Shown here one piece after another: positions 63,049-64,000 of a stretch of 64,000 nt of DNA. This stretch comes from Eledone cirrhosa (Eukaryota). The notes under the pieces were generated by a model. That model was not told the origin of the DNA. It did no database searches and saw nothing but the letters and a program-made list of their open reading frames with translations. The stretch spans positions 97,712,001-97,776,000 of the forward strand of contig OZ024746.1 in NCBI GenBank assembly GCA_964016885.1. The letters are read 5' to 3'. Each line of letters begins with the position of its first letter. Position 1 is the stretch's first letter. Position numbers and translations under genes: made by a program.

Positions 63049-63790
63049 AACCCCGTAAGGCTGAATGGCAAAGCTAACCCTGGTGGGATTTGAAATCAGA
63101 ATGTAGAGTGCCGTAACTCTATGCCACAAAACATGGTGTTCGATGCTCTCTATCATTTATTGCCAAGAGGGTATCACATTAAAAATTAAAGTCTTTCCTC
63201 TAATACTGCAAACATTCATAACAAACTGTTCACCATGGGAAGTTGGTTAGTAGAATAATTATAGTATTGGGCAAAATACCATACAGCATTTCTTCTGAGA
63301 TCAAACCCTGCTGAGTTCAAATTTGCCTTTGATCGGCCCAAATATTTTCTGTTAAATATTTACGGATAAAGGATAAAGATCCCATGACTCCTTGTGGAGT
63401 CATAGAGGCACCGCCATACAGTGTGTCTAGGGCACTTTTAGTAAAATATTTTTTAATAAGATGGCATTTGAAACAAGTTAGCAATGGTTCTTCCATAACA
63501 TTATGATGAATTATTTCCATTGTTTTCCCATGGTTGTATGAGTTAGATAAGTCCTCTTTAGTATAGCATCGACGGAGCCCAACCCTTTCCAGGTCTGAAC
63601 ATAGCCAGTTATTTTCTATAGAGGAAGAATCAATCCCAGTACTAGAAAGGATGGCAGGCAAAGTTGACCATGGCAGGATTTGAACTCACAGCGCACAATG
63701 AGGTGGGACAAATACTGTAAAGCATTCTATCCAATGTCTTAACGACTTTGCCAATTCACCGCTAAATACTTTTGCTAAATATTTACAGAA

Positions 63791-64000
63791 TTTTAAACCC
63801 ACTAGAGACAGAGCCGATGACAGTGGGAGTTTGGTTCCTCTGTGTTCGGACCTGGTGTAGATTGTGTAATTTTACACTTATTTTAAATCCACTAGAGACA
63901 GAGGTGATGACAGTGGGAGTTTGGTTCCTCTGTGTTCGGACCTGATGTACATTGTGTAATTTTACACTTTTTTAAAACCCACTAGAGACAGAGGCGATGA
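63791..64000. repeat. 90-bp tandem array running off the window end
   Basis: ACTAGAGACA recurs at 63801, 63891 and 63981. Confidence 0.9.

Overview
AT-rich, microsatellite-dense eukaryotic DNA. It is almost entirely transposon-derived and contains no complete host gene. The repeat repertoire resembles a coleoid cephalopod (octopus-type) genome; this is inferred from the SINE/LINE types, not verified. Mobile elements: (1) RTE-clade LINEs, including one 5'-truncated copy with an intact 473-aa RT ORF that carries a PHD finger, several decayed copies, and Expander-like and BovB-like ends; (2) fragments of CRE, R4/Dong and Vingi-like retrotransposons; (3) at least four tRNA-derived SINE families, one sharing its 3' tail with the resident RTE; (4) many TTAA-flanked piggyBac-type MITEs, plus hAT, Tc1/mariner and Helitron-type non-autonomous elements. 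Four tandem arrays (35, 49, 98, 116 bp) sit inside, and three demonstrably derive from, TE sequence. The most notable signal is a set of minimal type I hammerhead ribozymes at 16.7, 23.9, 25.3 and 43.4/43.6 kb. They show covarying stems and a shared C-C mismatch, and lie in short Penelope-like elements that sit in (TA)n tracts and often form long palindromes. One 36-nt minus-strand candidate exon (6400-6435) suggests the window may be intronic. Nearly all long ORFs in the track are microsatellite artefacts.
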